A DNA stretch of 64,000 nucleotides, from positions 260,579 to 324,578 of the forward strand of contig CAXXKY010000005.1 of assembly GCA_963667325.2 (NCBI GenBank), given 5' to 3'. Positions 39,373-49,426 of this stretch are shown in pieces. The number at the start of each line of letters is the position of its first letter. The first letter of the stretch is position 1. Both the position numbers and the translations under genes were made by a program. The notes below the pieces were generated by a model. The model did no database searches. It was not told the DNA's origin and worked only from the letters and a program-made list of their open reading frames with translations. The DNA is from Dehalococcoidia bacterium. GTDB taxonomy: Bacteria; Chloroflexota; Dehalococcoidia; Lucifugimonadales; UBA3495.

Positions 39373-40203
39373 GTGGTCATGACAAGGAACGGAATCGCAG
39401 TGTGGCTTCGGACAAGTTGTGAAATTACCTTTGATGTGAGCGTCCCCACGCCTTTTATCCTAATGCTCCGTCCGCGTAGTGGAGCAAATCAGTGGGTGGC
39501 TCATGAAGACTGCACGTTGACTCCAAACGTACCAATCACGGAATTTGTTGACGGTTACGGTAACCTGTGCGAGCGATTGGTTGCACCCCCAGGTGAGTTC
39601 ACTTTCAGTAGATCTGCGGACGTTTCGACCCCAGGCGGTATTGACGTGTCGCCCGGCGCGCCATTTCAACAGGTGCAAGATCTACCGGAAGAGGTCCTAA
39701 CCTATCTTCTTCCCAGCCGCTATTGCGAATCAGACCAGTTTACGGACCTCGGGTGGGACCTGGTGGACGGTGTCGAGCCCGGCTACGATCAAGTGGCCAG
39801 AATTGTAGAGTGGATCCGCAGCTCCGTTCGCTTTAATCCATATTCCAGCAATTTTCAGATGTCGGCAGTCGAGGTTAACCGGCAAGGGGAGGGAGTATGC
39901 CGCGAACTCGCTCATTTGGGCATCGCGTTGTGCCGCAGTCTCTGCATCCCGGCGCGTATCGTTGTGGGCTATCTGCACGACCTCATGCCGATGGATTTTC
40001 ACGCTTGGTTCGAGGCCTATGTTGGTGGCCGTTGGTACACCTTCGACGCAACGCAGGCCGCTCCACGTGGAGGGAGAGTTGCCGTTGCTTACGGGCGCGA
40101 TGCGGCTGACGTGGCAATATTCAACCAGTTTGGCCCGGCCCTTTATCCCAAAGCGATGGAGGTACGGGTCGAGATGTTCGACGCCCACCCAAAGGACATT
40201 TGA
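39373..40203 (+). CDS. transglutaminase-like family protein
   Basis: N-terminal bacterial transglutaminase-N region plus core 'GEGVCRELAHLGIALCRSLCIPARIVVGY...HAWFEAYVGGRWYTFDAT' (Cys-His-Asp). GTG at 39373 or ATG at 39379. Confidence 0.85.
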   Translation: MVMTRNGIAVWLRTSCEITFDVSVPTPFILMLRPRSGANQWVAHEDCTLTPNVPITEFVDGYGNLCERLVAPPGEFTFSRSADVSTPGGIDVSPGAPFQQVQDLPEEVLTYLLPSRYCESDQFTDLGWDLVDGVEPGYDQVARIVEWIRSSVRFNPYSSNFQMSAVEVNRQGEGVCRELAHLGIALCRSLCIPARIVVGYLHDLMPMDFHAWFEAYVGGRWYTFDATQAAPRGGRVAVAYGRDAADVAIFNQFGPALYPKAMEVRVEMFDAHPKDI

Positions 40204-40415
40204 GAATACACTGCCGGCCGTCAACGAATTGGGCCACATTAGTGGTGTCAATGGCTCCGATTGGAATGGATTTCAATTGTTAAAGTTTCGCCAACATTTC
40301 TCGACGAGGCAACGAGGATCGATAGAAATGCTTGACGCGGGACATTCGCCACTAATTGGTGCGGATTCCACAATGCCTTTGTGACCCACATCCAAGCAAG
40401 CTGAAGGGGGGTGAA

Positions 40416-40448
40416 TTGTGACCCAGCGTCACAAACGCGCGTTTGTGA
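40416..40448. promoter_or_regulatory. operator-like palindrome cluster
   Basis: Perfect 20-bp palindrome tcacaaacgcgcgtttgtga (40429-40448). It overlaps tgtgacccagcgtcaca (TGTGA-N7-TCACA). The decamer TTGTGACCCA also occurs at 40378, and TTGTGAACCACCCA at 40442. Confidence 0.35.
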
Positions 40449-40884
40449 ACCACCCATCCTTAGAGCGATTCATCCATACGAGCCGCTCAGGGGCTGACCG
40501 GCAGTAAGCGCCACAGGGAACGCTCGGTTTCGACCAGGCAAGAGTGCGGATCGGGGACCGCCCTCCTGTACGGAGGCCCAGTCTCAGTGAGGAGCAACGG
40601 GAGTGCATCCGGGCCGACTGGTCGAAGGGAGTGACTCAACTGGAACCCGACCAAGCGCCTAGAGCCCAGCCGGTGAACCATCCGGCAGGTAGACAGGTAG
40701 CGGCGTGATGGAAATCGTAGCCTGCACTCGTAGTACAGGCCGGCTATTATCACTGAGTTCCAAGACGGCTTTTCCCGAAGCTCGAGCGAAATTGCACCGG
40801 CATGAAGACCGCGCTGTCTGGAAACTGAATGGATCCCCTGAGCCAAGGATACCAGACCCTCAATACACGCTGCCTTGCGTCGAG

Positions 40885-41430
<546 letters not shown>

Positions 41431-41535
41431 TTACCGACAGGCGGTCGTTGCCTCCAGTATCGACCGGCCGGCAAATGGCCGCAAGCGAGGGCTTGGCCAG
41501 ACTGAAACGCCAGGCTCTACCGAAAAGGAACAAAG

Positions 41536-44220
41536 ATGACCATCACCGAAACCGCGCCGCACTACACCCGCCGATTCTGGGCAAAGGCGCAGCCCTACCG
41601 GCAGCCGGGGCCGGAGCGCATCCATCTCCTGGAGCATCACCTGGCCGACGTTGGCGCCTGTTTCGAGGCGCTGCTGACCCAGCCCAACATCCGGCAAAGG
41701 CTGGCCGGATCCGGTGGCATAGAATCCCTGGACCATGCGACGGCGGCGCGGCTGGCCCTCTTCGCCGCCCTGCACGACATAGGCAAGGTCAACATCGGTT
41801 TCCAGACCCGCATCTGGCGCGGCGAAGACTTCCCTGCTGGACAACGCAGACCGGGCCGGGCCGGCCACTACCATGAGCTGGCCCCGGTGATGTCGGGCGA
41901 AAACACCAGCGCTACAGACAAGTTCTTCGGCAGTCTTGACTGGTGGTGGGACGCCACGCAGTCCTGGGACGACCGTGGCGGCGAGACTGTCTGCGCACTG
42001 TTCATTGCCGCGCTGTCGCACCACGGGGAGCCGCTGAAGCTGGAGGGAGGGCTGAATCACAACTCACGTCTGTGGACCGGCATCGGCGGCCTCGACCCCT
42101 TCGCACAGTTGCAGCGTATCGGTGAGCTGGCCCGCCTCTGGTTCCCCGCGGCGTGGGAATCCGGTGGAAATCCTCTGCCGTCCAAGCCGGAGTTCCAACA
42201 TCATTTCCTCGGACTCTGCACCCTGGCCGACTGGATTGGGTCCAATGAGGAGTGGTTCCCATTCTGCAACGAGCCGCGCGACGGATACATGGAACAGGCG
42301 AGAGAACAGGCCCACCGGGCAGTCAAGGCCATAGGTCTCGACGTGGCGCAGCAGCGAAACCAGTTTGCAGGAGTGCCAGACTTTCCCGCCCTGTTCCCCC
42401 ACATCGACGCACCCAACGCCATCCAGCAGGCCGCAGTTGGGGCTCCACTGGATGAACAGTTGCTCATCATCGAGTCCGAGACCGGCTCCGGCAAGACCGA
42501 GGCTGCCCTGTGGCGTTTCGCCCGGATGTACGGAGCTGGACTGGTGGACGGTCTCTACTTCGCGTTGCCCACTCGCGCCGCCGCCACACAACTGCACGGG
42601 CGGGTCACGCGATTCGTGGAGTGTCTGTTTCCTCCTGAAGACCGCCCCGAGACCGTGCTGGCCGTGCCGGGATACGTCAGGGCAGGGGACATCGGCGGGC
42701 ACCACCTACAGAATTACGAGGTGTGGTGGGATGACCACGCCAACGCAGGAACCCGCGCCCGCCGATGGGCCGCCGAGAGCTCCAAGCGCTACCTGGCGGC
42801 ACAGATTGCCGTCGGCACCGTCGACCAGGCAATGATGGCCGCCCTCAAAGTACGGCATTCCCACATGCGGGCCGCCTGTCTCTCACGAAACCTGCTGGTG
42901 GTCGACGAGGTACACGCTTCCGACCCCTACATGCGCCGCATACTGAAGGCCCTGCTTGACACCCACCTGAGCACAGGGGGCCACGCGCTGCTGATGTCGG
43001 CCACCCTCGGCTCGGTGGCCCGCCGCCAGTGGCTGTCCGCCGCCCGGGCGCAGACTGTCGCCGCTCCGCTGCTGGAAGACGCAATCGCCGCTTCCTACCC
43101 TGCCGTCAGCGTAATGGCCCCGGAAGGCGAGAGCGTTGCCTCCGCAGGAGAAAACCGGCAGGAGAAGTCCGTCAGCATCATCGCCGAACCCCTGATTCAC
43201 GAATTCGGAAAAGTGGCCGAGGTGGCCATCCAGGCTGCCCGGATGGGGGCGAAGACGCTGGTCATCCGCAACACCGTAAGCAACGCGGTCGCCACGCAGC
43301 AGGCGCTGGAGCAATACGCCGGGAGCGACGGTTCCCCACTGTTCTCGGTCGACGGTGTCGCATCCCTGCACCACAACCGCTTTGCCCCGACCGACCGGCG
43401 TCTGCTGGACGCCAGGGTGGAGGAACTGCTTGGCCGGAATCGTGCTTCGGGCGGTCTGGTGGCGGTTGGCACGCAGACACTGGAGCAGTCACTGGACATC
43501 GACGTCGACCTGCTGATTACCGACCTCTGCCCAGTGGATGTGCTGCTGCAACGCATCGGGCGTCTGCACCGCCACCGGCGGAATGACCGGCCTGCCGGCC
43601 ACGAATCACCCCGGTGCGTGGTGCTGACACCGGACACCGACGACCTATCGCCGCTGCTGCAGGGGGGAGCCAACAGCACTGGCCTCGGCCCCCACGGCTT
43701 TGTCTACGAAGACCTCCGAGTCCTTGAGGCCACCCGGCGGCTCATCGTCCAGCACCCCGAGTGGGACATCCCCCGAATGAACCGTGAACTGGTCGAGAAT
43801 GCCACCCACCCGGACGTGCTGGAGGCCATCGTAGAAGAACTGGGCGAGGCCTGGAAAACTCACGCCCTTAATGTGGAGGGAAAGGCTATTGCCGAGGTCC
43901 AGGGCGCTGGGAGCAACGTGGTCCGCCGCGACAAGTCCTTTTTCCACGACAACCGCGATGTGCTGTTTCCGCCAAACGCGGAGGAACGGGTACGCACTCG
44001 CCTGGGGGACGAGGGCATCGAGGTTGAATTCGACACACCGCAAGCGAGCCCCTTCGAGGCCACGCGGCACATCGTGAGCATGACCATCGCCGCCCACCTG
44101 CTGCGCGGTGCAACCCAGGAAGGCCCCGTAGCGACCACCGAAACTGAGGGTGGTTTCACCTTCGCCGTCGGGGAACGGCGATTCCGCTACGATCGCCTGG
44201 GCCTGCGCCGCGAGGGGTAA
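41536..44220 (+). CDS. cas3: CRISPR-associated nuclease/helicase Cas3 (type I-E)
   Basis: 894 aa. HD domain ('HHLADV...LHDIGK'), helicase Walker A 'SETGSGKTEA' and 'VVDEVHASD'. Confidence 0.95.
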   Translation: MTITETAPHYTRRFWAKAQPYRQPGPERIHLLEHHLADVGACFEALLTQPNIRQRLAGSGGIESLDHATAARLALFAALHDIGKVNIGFQTRIWRGEDFPAGQRRPGRAGHYHELAPVMSGENTSATDKFFGSLDWWWDATQSWDDRGGETVCALFIAALSHHGEPLKLEGGLNHNSRLWTGIGGLDPFAQLQRIGELARLWFPAAWESGGNPLPSKPEFQHHFLGLCTLADWIGSNEEWFPFCNEPRDGYMEQAREQAHRAVKAIGLDVAQQRNQFAGVPDFPALFPHIDAPNAIQQAAVGAPLDEQLLIIESETGSGKTEAALWRFARMYGAGLVDGLYFALPTRAAATQLHGRVTRFVECLFPPEDRPETVLAVPGYVRAGDIGGHHLQNYEVWWDDHANAGTRARRWAAESSKRYLAAQIAVGTVDQAMMAALKVRHSHMRAACLSRNLLVVDEVHASDPYMRRILKALLDTHLSTGGHALLMSATLGSVARRQWLSAARAQTVAAPLLEDAIAASYPAVSVMAPEGESVASAGENRQEKSVSIIAEPLIHEFGKVAEVAIQAARMGAKTLVIRNTVSNAVATQQALEQYAGSDGSPLFSVDGVASLHHNRFAPTDRRLLDARVEELLGRNRASGGLVAVGTQTLEQSLDIDVDLLITDLCPVDVLLQRIGRLHRHRRNDRPAGHESPRCVVLTPDTDDLSPLLQGGANSTGLGPHGFVYEDLRVLEATRRLIVQHPEWDIPRMNRELVENATHPDVLEAIVEELGEAWKTHALNVEGKAIAEVQGAGSNVVRRDKSFFHDNRDVLFPPNAEERVRTRLGDEGIEVEFDTPQASPFEATRHIVSMTIAAHLLRGATQEGPVATTETEGGFTFAVGERRFRYDRLGLRREG

Positions 44221-44260
44221 CGTGGTGAGGGCCAAATTGCTGACAGTCCTTCGTTGAAAA

Positions 44261-44290
44261 GGTGGTGCCTTTGCACCATCATCTGATTTG
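44261..44290 (+). terminator. possible attenuator/terminator hairpin between cas3 and cas8e
   Basis: 8-bp stem ggtggtgc/gcaccatc with loop cttt (44261-44280), followed by atctgatttg. The U-tract is weak. Confidence 0.3.
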
Positions 44291-44333
44291 ACTGACTAAC
44301 GTAATGCATTTCGGAAAGGGCGGAACGATACCA

Positions 44334-45944
44334 ATGTACAACCTACTTACCGAACCCCTGATCCGGTACCGACAGTCCGGCGGAGCGACACGCGAGGCGG
44401 CCTTGCCCGAGGTCTATGCCGCGCTGATGGCCAATGAGGTGGAGGCCTTTCCCGCCCTGCGTCCACATCAGCGTCACGCCTGGCACGCCTTCCTAGTGCA
44501 GCTCGGCGCGATGGCAATGCACCGGGACGGGCTGGACACGCCGGCGTCCGACGCCGATGAGTGGCGCCGCATCATCCGCACCCTAACGCCTGGGTGGCCG
44601 GACGATGAACCGTGGCAACTGGTGGTGGACGACATCACCACGCCCGCCTTTATGCAACCGCCGGCCAGCTCCCAGGAACAGGGAAAGGACTTCAAGAACA
44701 CGGTAGCGACTCCAGACGACCTGGACATGCTGGTAACCTCCAAAAACCACGACCTCAAGGCCGAGGTGGCGGAGCAGGCGGGCAATGATGACTGGATATT
44801 CGCTCTGGCCACACTGCAGACCACGGAGGGCTTCGGTGGCGCAGGAAACTACGGAATATCGAGGATGAACGGCGGTCTGGGCAATCGGTCTGCCTTTGCT
44901 CTGGCCCCAGCAGAATCAAGTCCCGGCTCGCACGTCCGGCGGGATATTGAGGCCCTCTTGGAGTTCCTGCCAGGGGTAATGGCCGACCACCCGGGAACGG
45001 CCTCAGGCCACACCCTGCTGTGGACACTGCCCTGGGACGGGAACGCGGCCGAGGCGCTGACACTCAACCGCCTGCATCCGCTGTACATAGATGTGTGTCG
45101 CCGCATACGGTTGAGTCTTGATGTGCAAGGCCGAGTCCGTGCTATGAGGACCAGTTCCAAGGCGGCCCGCGTCGAGGCCAAGTCCCTCAACGGGCTCACA
45201 GGTGATCCCTGGGCTTTGGTGGATCATCGCGACAAGAAGGGCGACAAGGTGTTGACTCTGCCCAGCGGGGGCTTCACCTACAAGCGAGTCGCCGAGTACC
45301 TCACCTCGGCCGACTACGACCGTCCGGCCCTCCTGAGCTCCACTCAGGCGGAGAGACAATCGCATGAGCCCTTGGAGTTGGTGGCCCGGGCCATGGTGCG
45401 GGGTCAAGGCAAGACCGAGGGCTATCACGAACGCAGGGTGCCGGTGAGGCACAGGTTCAAGATGGCCATTATGCGTCGCGGCGGCGGCGGGTTGGACGAC
45501 GTAGCAGCAATCTCGCAGGCGAGGATCGAGGACGTGGGCAAGGTCCAGCGAATCCTGAGCCATGCCATCCAGACCTTTGCGAACCGGGGAGATTCCGCCA
45601 ACAGCCAGCCGGAGCACCGGGAGCGCGCACGACCGTGGCTGAATCGCTTGGACGAAATTGTCGACACCACATTCTTCGATGCATTGCAGGACGAGTTCGA
45701 GGAAACGGGCGCCAGTGAGCGACTCCGAATCCGCCATCACTGGCTCCTGAATGAAGGGGAGCCCAAGGGTGTGATCGACCACGCCCGCGCCTTGCTTCAT
45801 AACGCCGAGGATTCGATGCCCTGCCCCTCCATCTGTTACTACAAGGCCCGAGAGGCCGCAGATGGGTTGTTCGAGGGCCGCATTCGCGGGAGCAGCGGCT
45901 TTCCCGACCTGTTCCCAGACTCCCGTCAGGAGGATCAAGAGTGA
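44334..45944 (+). CDS. cas8e: Cascade large subunit Cse1/CasA (Cas8e)
   Basis: 'MYNLLTEPLIRY......LPEVYA......V..FPALRPHQRHAWH.FL.QL' is the typical Cse1 N-terminus. The start is set at ATG 44334. Confidence 0.9.
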   Translation: MYNLLTEPLIRYRQSGGATREAALPEVYAALMANEVEAFPALRPHQRHAWHAFLVQLGAMAMHRDGLDTPASDADEWRRIIRTLTPGWPDDEPWQLVVDDITTPAFMQPPASSQEQGKDFKNTVATPDDLDMLVTSKNHDLKAEVAEQAGNDDWIFALATLQTTEGFGGAGNYGISRMNGGLGNRSAFALAPAESSPGSHVRRDIEALLEFLPGVMADHPGTASGHTLLWTLPWDGNAAEALTLNRLHPLYIDVCRRIRLSLDVQGRVRAMRTSSKAARVEAKSLNGLTGDPWALVDHRDKKGDKVLTLPSGGFTYKRVAEYLTSADYDRPALLSSTQAERQSHEPLELVARAMVRGQGKTEGYHERRVPVRHRFKMAIMRRGGGGLDDVAAISQARIEDVGKVQRILSHAIQTFANRGDSANSQPEHRERARPWLNRLDEIVDTTFFDALQDEFEETGASERLRIRHHWLLNEGEPKGVIDHARALLHNAEDSMPCPSICYYKAREAADGLFEGRIRGSSGFPDLFPDSRQEDQE

Positions 45945-46573
45945 CCACCAGCAAAATAGTGGAAGCGCCCGGCTCCGAACTACAGCCGGAACAACAGGAC
46001 GAAAGTACCCAGCCGTGGCCGGACCGGGCCGTCAGCATGGCGGGTTACATCGCACAGTACGCCGAGCATCGCCGGGGCGACCATGCCGAATTGCGGCGCA
46101 TGGACCACGACGAACCCGACGCGGCGGCCTTCTGGCGACTGATGGCCCATCACGACCTGCTGAACAGCAACGAGGAAGCGGAACGCAAGTGGGGCCTCAT
46201 CATCCACGGCATCGCACTGATGACGCCCAGCAACAGCGGCGAAAGCAATCCCAACACGGCCCATAACGGCTCGATGCCCGTGGGACGAGCGCTGTACCTC
46301 GGCAGTGATACGCAACGAGCATCGGCCTTTTACAGCGAAGCCCGGCTCAACCGTCTGCTAACGTCGGGCGGGCCGATGTTGCGTACCCTGCTGGCCCGGA
46401 TGTTCCGAATGCTGGCCGCGTCCGGAGTTACCTTCAACTGGCGGGAAATGGCCCGATTCATCCTGAATGAAGACTACAACGATGACGCGACCGAACAGAA
46501 CCGCCGCCGCATTGCCCGCGAATACTACCGTGCGGAACGCCGCTCCAACCGATCCAGTTCCGAATCCGATTGA
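45941..46573 (+). CDS. cse2: Cascade small subunit Cse2/CasB (Cas11e)
   Basis: 210 aa, helical. Its position between cas8e and cas7e, with a GTGA overlap, and the '...RRIAREYY' tail fit Cse2. Confidence 0.85.
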   Translation: MTTSKIVEAPGSELQPEQQDESTQPWPDRAVSMAGYIAQYAEHRRGDHAELRRMDHDEPDAAAFWRLMAHHDLLNSNEEAERKWGLIIHGIALMTPSNSGESNPNTAHNGSMPVGRALYLGSDTQRASAFYSEARLNRLLTSGGPMLRTLLARMFRMLAASGVTFNWREMARFILNEDYNDDATEQNRRRIAREYYRAERRSNRSSSESD

Positions 46574-46602
46574 CGACTGAAACAGACGAAGGAGACTGAC
46601 CA

Positions 46603-47775
46603 ATGACCACCCCGAGGTTCCTGCAAATTCACACCCTCCACTCCTACCCGGCCGCGTTGCTGAACCGCGACGACAGCGGCCTCGCCAAGCGGATGCCCTT
46701 CGGAGGCGCTGTCCGCACTCGCATTTCCTCCCAGTGCCTGAAGCGGCACTGGCGCACTGCCCAGGACGAGTTCGCCATTCACGGAATCGCTGGCAGCACA
46801 GAGGCCATCAGGTCGCGCAATCTCGTGGAGCGCAGGGTGATCGCGCCCCTCAGAGGAGCTGATGGCATCAGCGACGACGTGCTGGCCGCTGTGGAAAACG
46901 CGTTCAACGTCGGCGTGTACGGCAGCAGCGGCGCCACCGAACGGGGCCGCCAGCCCTTGCTGCTGGGCGTGCCAGAGGTGGAACACCTACACCAGCGGGC
47001 CGCCGCCATCTGCGCCGACCACCCCGTAGACGTCAAGGCCGCCGGCGACGCTGCGACCGACCTGTTCAGCGGCCGGCGAGGCGAGGGTAACAACTTCCGC
47101 GCCCTGATGGACGGTGCCCGCCTGCCCGCCGGACTGGAGGGAGCTCTGTTCGGGCGAATGGTGACCTCCGACCCCGGGGCCAACATCGAGGCTGCCATCC
47201 ACGTGGCCCACGCCTTCACCGTCCACCGGGAGGAGAGCGAGTGCGACTACTTCTCCGTGGTGGACGACCTCCAAGGCGACGACGAGGACGCCGGTGCCGC
47301 CCACATCGGCGACATGGAGTTGACCGCCGGACTGTTCTACGGTTACGTGGTGGTGGACGTGCCGGGGCTGGTCTCCAACCTGGAGGGATGCGACTCCGGC
47401 GACTGGCTGGACGCCGACCGGGGCCTGGCCGCCAAGGTGGTCGAACACCTGACTAACCTCATCGCCACCGTGTCTCCCGGGGCCAAGCTCGGCTCCACCG
47501 CGCCCTACGCCTGCGCCGACCTGATGCTGATCGAGGCGGGAAGCCGCCAACCGCGCATCCTGGCCAACTCTTACCGCACTCCGTCGAGACCCCAGTTCGC
47601 CGAAGCCATCGGCACGCTGTCCGGTTACCTGGGGAAGCTCGACAACGCCTACGGCGTCAAGGGGACCCGCCGCTTCATGTCAGTGGAGGACTGCGACATT
47701 CCCGGTGCGGAACGCCTGAACCTGGACGAACTGGCGTCGTGGGCCGCCGACGCCATCCTGAAGGGCGCGGTGTGA
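46603..47775 (+). CDS. cas7: Cascade backbone subunit Cas7e (CasC/Cse4)
   Basis: 'FLQIHTLHSYPAALLNRDDSGLAKR..FGG..R.RISSQCLKRHWR' is diagnostic. Confidence 0.95.
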   Translation: MTTPRFLQIHTLHSYPAALLNRDDSGLAKRMPFGGAVRTRISSQCLKRHWRTAQDEFAIHGIAGSTEAIRSRNLVERRVIAPLRGADGISDDVLAAVENAFNVGVYGSSGATERGRQPLLLGVPEVEHLHQRAAAICADHPVDVKAAGDAATDLFSGRRGEGNNFRALMDGARLPAGLEGALFGRMVTSDPGANIEAAIHVAHAFTVHREESECDYFSVVDDLQGDDEDAGAAHIGDMELTAGLFYGYVVVDVPGLVSNLEGCDSGDWLDADRGLAAKVVEHLTNLIATVSPGAKLGSTAPYACADLMLIEAGSRQPRILANSYRTPSRPQFAEAIGTLSGYLGKLDNAYGVKGTRRFMSVEDCDIPGAERLNLDELASWAADAILKGAV

Positions 47776-48551
47776 TGATGGCGAAACACCTGGTTCTGAC
47801 CCTCGAGGCGCCTCTGATGAGCTTCGGCGGCGAGACCGTCGATAATCTGGGGGTCATCCGTCCCTTCCCTGCAGTCTCCATGCTGACCGGCCTGCTGGCC
47901 AACGCCTTGGGCTGGCGACGCGTCGAACGCCAGCGCCACCAGGACCTGCAGGACCGGCTGGTCTTCGCTGCTCGCATTGACCGCGAATCCCACGGAGGCC
48001 TGCGAATGACGGACTTCCAGACGGCGCAACTGGGAGCTAATGACAAGGGCTGGACCACCCGGGGAGCACCGGACGAGCGGGCCGGAGGTGCCAACACTTA
48101 CAATGCGCCGCACCTTCGCTATCGGGACTACCACGCGGATATGCGAGTGACCGTTGCCCTTCGTCTCGACCCGGCGGATGGCAATCCAACGCTGGAGGAT
48201 CTGGCCACAGCGCTGGACGAACCGATGCGCCCCCTGTTCATCGGGCGCAAACCCTGCCTCCCGTCGGCCCCACTGTTTGGAGGATACAGCGACGGCAGCA
48301 CCGCCCTGGAAGCGCTGCTGTCCGTGCCGTTGGCCGATGAACCGGCCAGTAGAACAACCATCCGGGTCCAGTGGCCTGAAGGCGAGGGTCCGGGATGCGC
48401 AGAGGGTGCCGAACGCGGCCGCGCCCAGATGATCACCGATGAGCGGAACTGGGTTTCGGGCCTGCACGGTGGCGGCAGGCCGATCCGGCAAGCCGCCATT
48501 GAGCGGGAGAAGTTCGCTGCTGGAAAACCGCAGGAGGAAGGGCAACCATGA
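47775..48551 (+). CDS. cas5: Cas5e (CasD)
   Basis: 'LVLTLEAPLMSFGGETVDN.G....FP..SMLTGLLANALGW'. The ATG overlaps the cas7 stop. Confidence 0.9.
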   Translation: MMAKHLVLTLEAPLMSFGGETVDNLGVIRPFPAVSMLTGLLANALGWRRVERQRHQDLQDRLVFAARIDRESHGGLRMTDFQTAQLGANDKGWTTRGAPDERAGGANTYNAPHLRYRDYHADMRVTVALRLDPADGNPTLEDLATALDEPMRPLFIGRKPCLPSAPLFGGYSDGSTALEALLSVPLADEPASRTTIRVQWPEGEGPGCAEGAERGRAQMITDERNWVSGLHGGGRPIRQAAIEREKFAAGKPQEEGQP

Positions 48552-49303
48552 CCACATTACTAGGCCACCAAGTGGCCGCCGGAACCCTGCAGATGGTTCG
48601 CGCCGAGGTCAATGTTCGCGACTTCCAGCGCTGGATGGGCACAAGGCGCCTCCAGGACCCGGACCACGCCATGCACTGCCTGCTGACCGAGTGCTTCGGC
48701 GATCTGGCCCCCAAGCCATTCCGCTTGATGCTGACTCGTGGAGCATCCACCGGCTGCCTCTATGGATATGGCTCCGCCGATGCTGATGCCTTGCGCGAGG
48801 TCGCCGCGGCATGCGCCGACCCCCTGCAATCCCGCATCCTCCCCGCCGGCAGCATTGACAGCAAGCCGATGCCCTCGATGTTCCAGACGGGCAGGCGCCT
48901 TGGTTTCGAGGTCCGCATTCGCCCCATCGTCCGTCGAACCGACAAAGCCGCAGAACGCCCGGGCAAGGAGTGCGACGCCTTTCTGCACCAGGCTTTGCAA
49001 CACCCGAGAGGGGATGGATTTGCACGCACCCGCGAACAGGTGTACGCCGAATGGCTGTCGGTGCGGTTCGAACAGAAGGGAGGCGCAGACCTCGACCTCG
49101 ATTCGGCCAAGCTGGTGTCCTTCCAGCGCACCCGCGCTCACCGCAAGCTGCGCGCCCGCCACACCGAGGGCCCCGACGCGGTGATGCGGGGCGTCCTGAC
49201 CGTCTCAGATCCCGAGTCCTTCGCCAGCACCCTGGCACATGGCATCGGACGCCACCGGTCCTACGGTTTCGGGATGCTGCTGCTACGCCCCACCCGACAG
49301 TAA
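48548..49303 (+). CDS. cas6: Cas6e (CasE/Cse3) crRNA endoribonuclease
   Basis: 251 aa ending 'GIGRHRSYGFGMLLLRP', the G-rich loop typical of Cas6e. The ATG overlaps the cas5 stop. Confidence 0.9.
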   Translation: MTTLLGHQVAAGTLQMVRAEVNVRDFQRWMGTRRLQDPDHAMHCLLTECFGDLAPKPFRLMLTRGASTGCLYGYGSADADALREVAAACADPLQSRILPAGSIDSKPMPSMFQTGRRLGFEVRIRPIVRRTDKAAERPGKECDAFLHQALQHPRGDGFARTREQVYAEWLSVRFEQKGGADLDLDSAKLVSFQRTRAHRKLRARHTEGPDAVMRGVLTVSDPESFASTLAHGIGRHRSYGFGMLLLRPTRQ

Positions 49304-49334
49304 AATCGACACCCGCACCTTACCAATCGAATAC

Positions 49335-49424
49335 ACCTCCCTCGCAAACGCGGGGACAGGCAGTAGGCCGGCACGCAGGCCGAGATCCGAAATCAAACTC
49401 CCCCACGCAGGGAAAGGAGAATTC
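49335..49424 (+). repeat. degenerate CRISPR-repeat-like elements (psi-R1, 32-nt spacer-like segment, psi-R2) in the cas6e-cas1 gap
   Basis: psi-R1 (49335-49363, acctccctcgcaaacgcggggacaggcag) matches 20/29 positions of the array repeat and keeps the 6-bp hairpin. 61 nt later (49396), ctcccccacgcagg resembles the 5' half of the repeat. Confidence 0.5.
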
Positions 49425-49426
49425 CC

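Noticed and set aside
41462-41475. 8-nt match (ggccggca) between the psi-spacer of the cas6e-cas1 mini-array and the cas3/exonuclease intergenic region, as a possible Cre-type target
   Set aside because: An 8-mer in 64 kb on two strands is expected by chance about twice. It is also a GC-rich near-palindrome, and the flanking bases do not extend the match.
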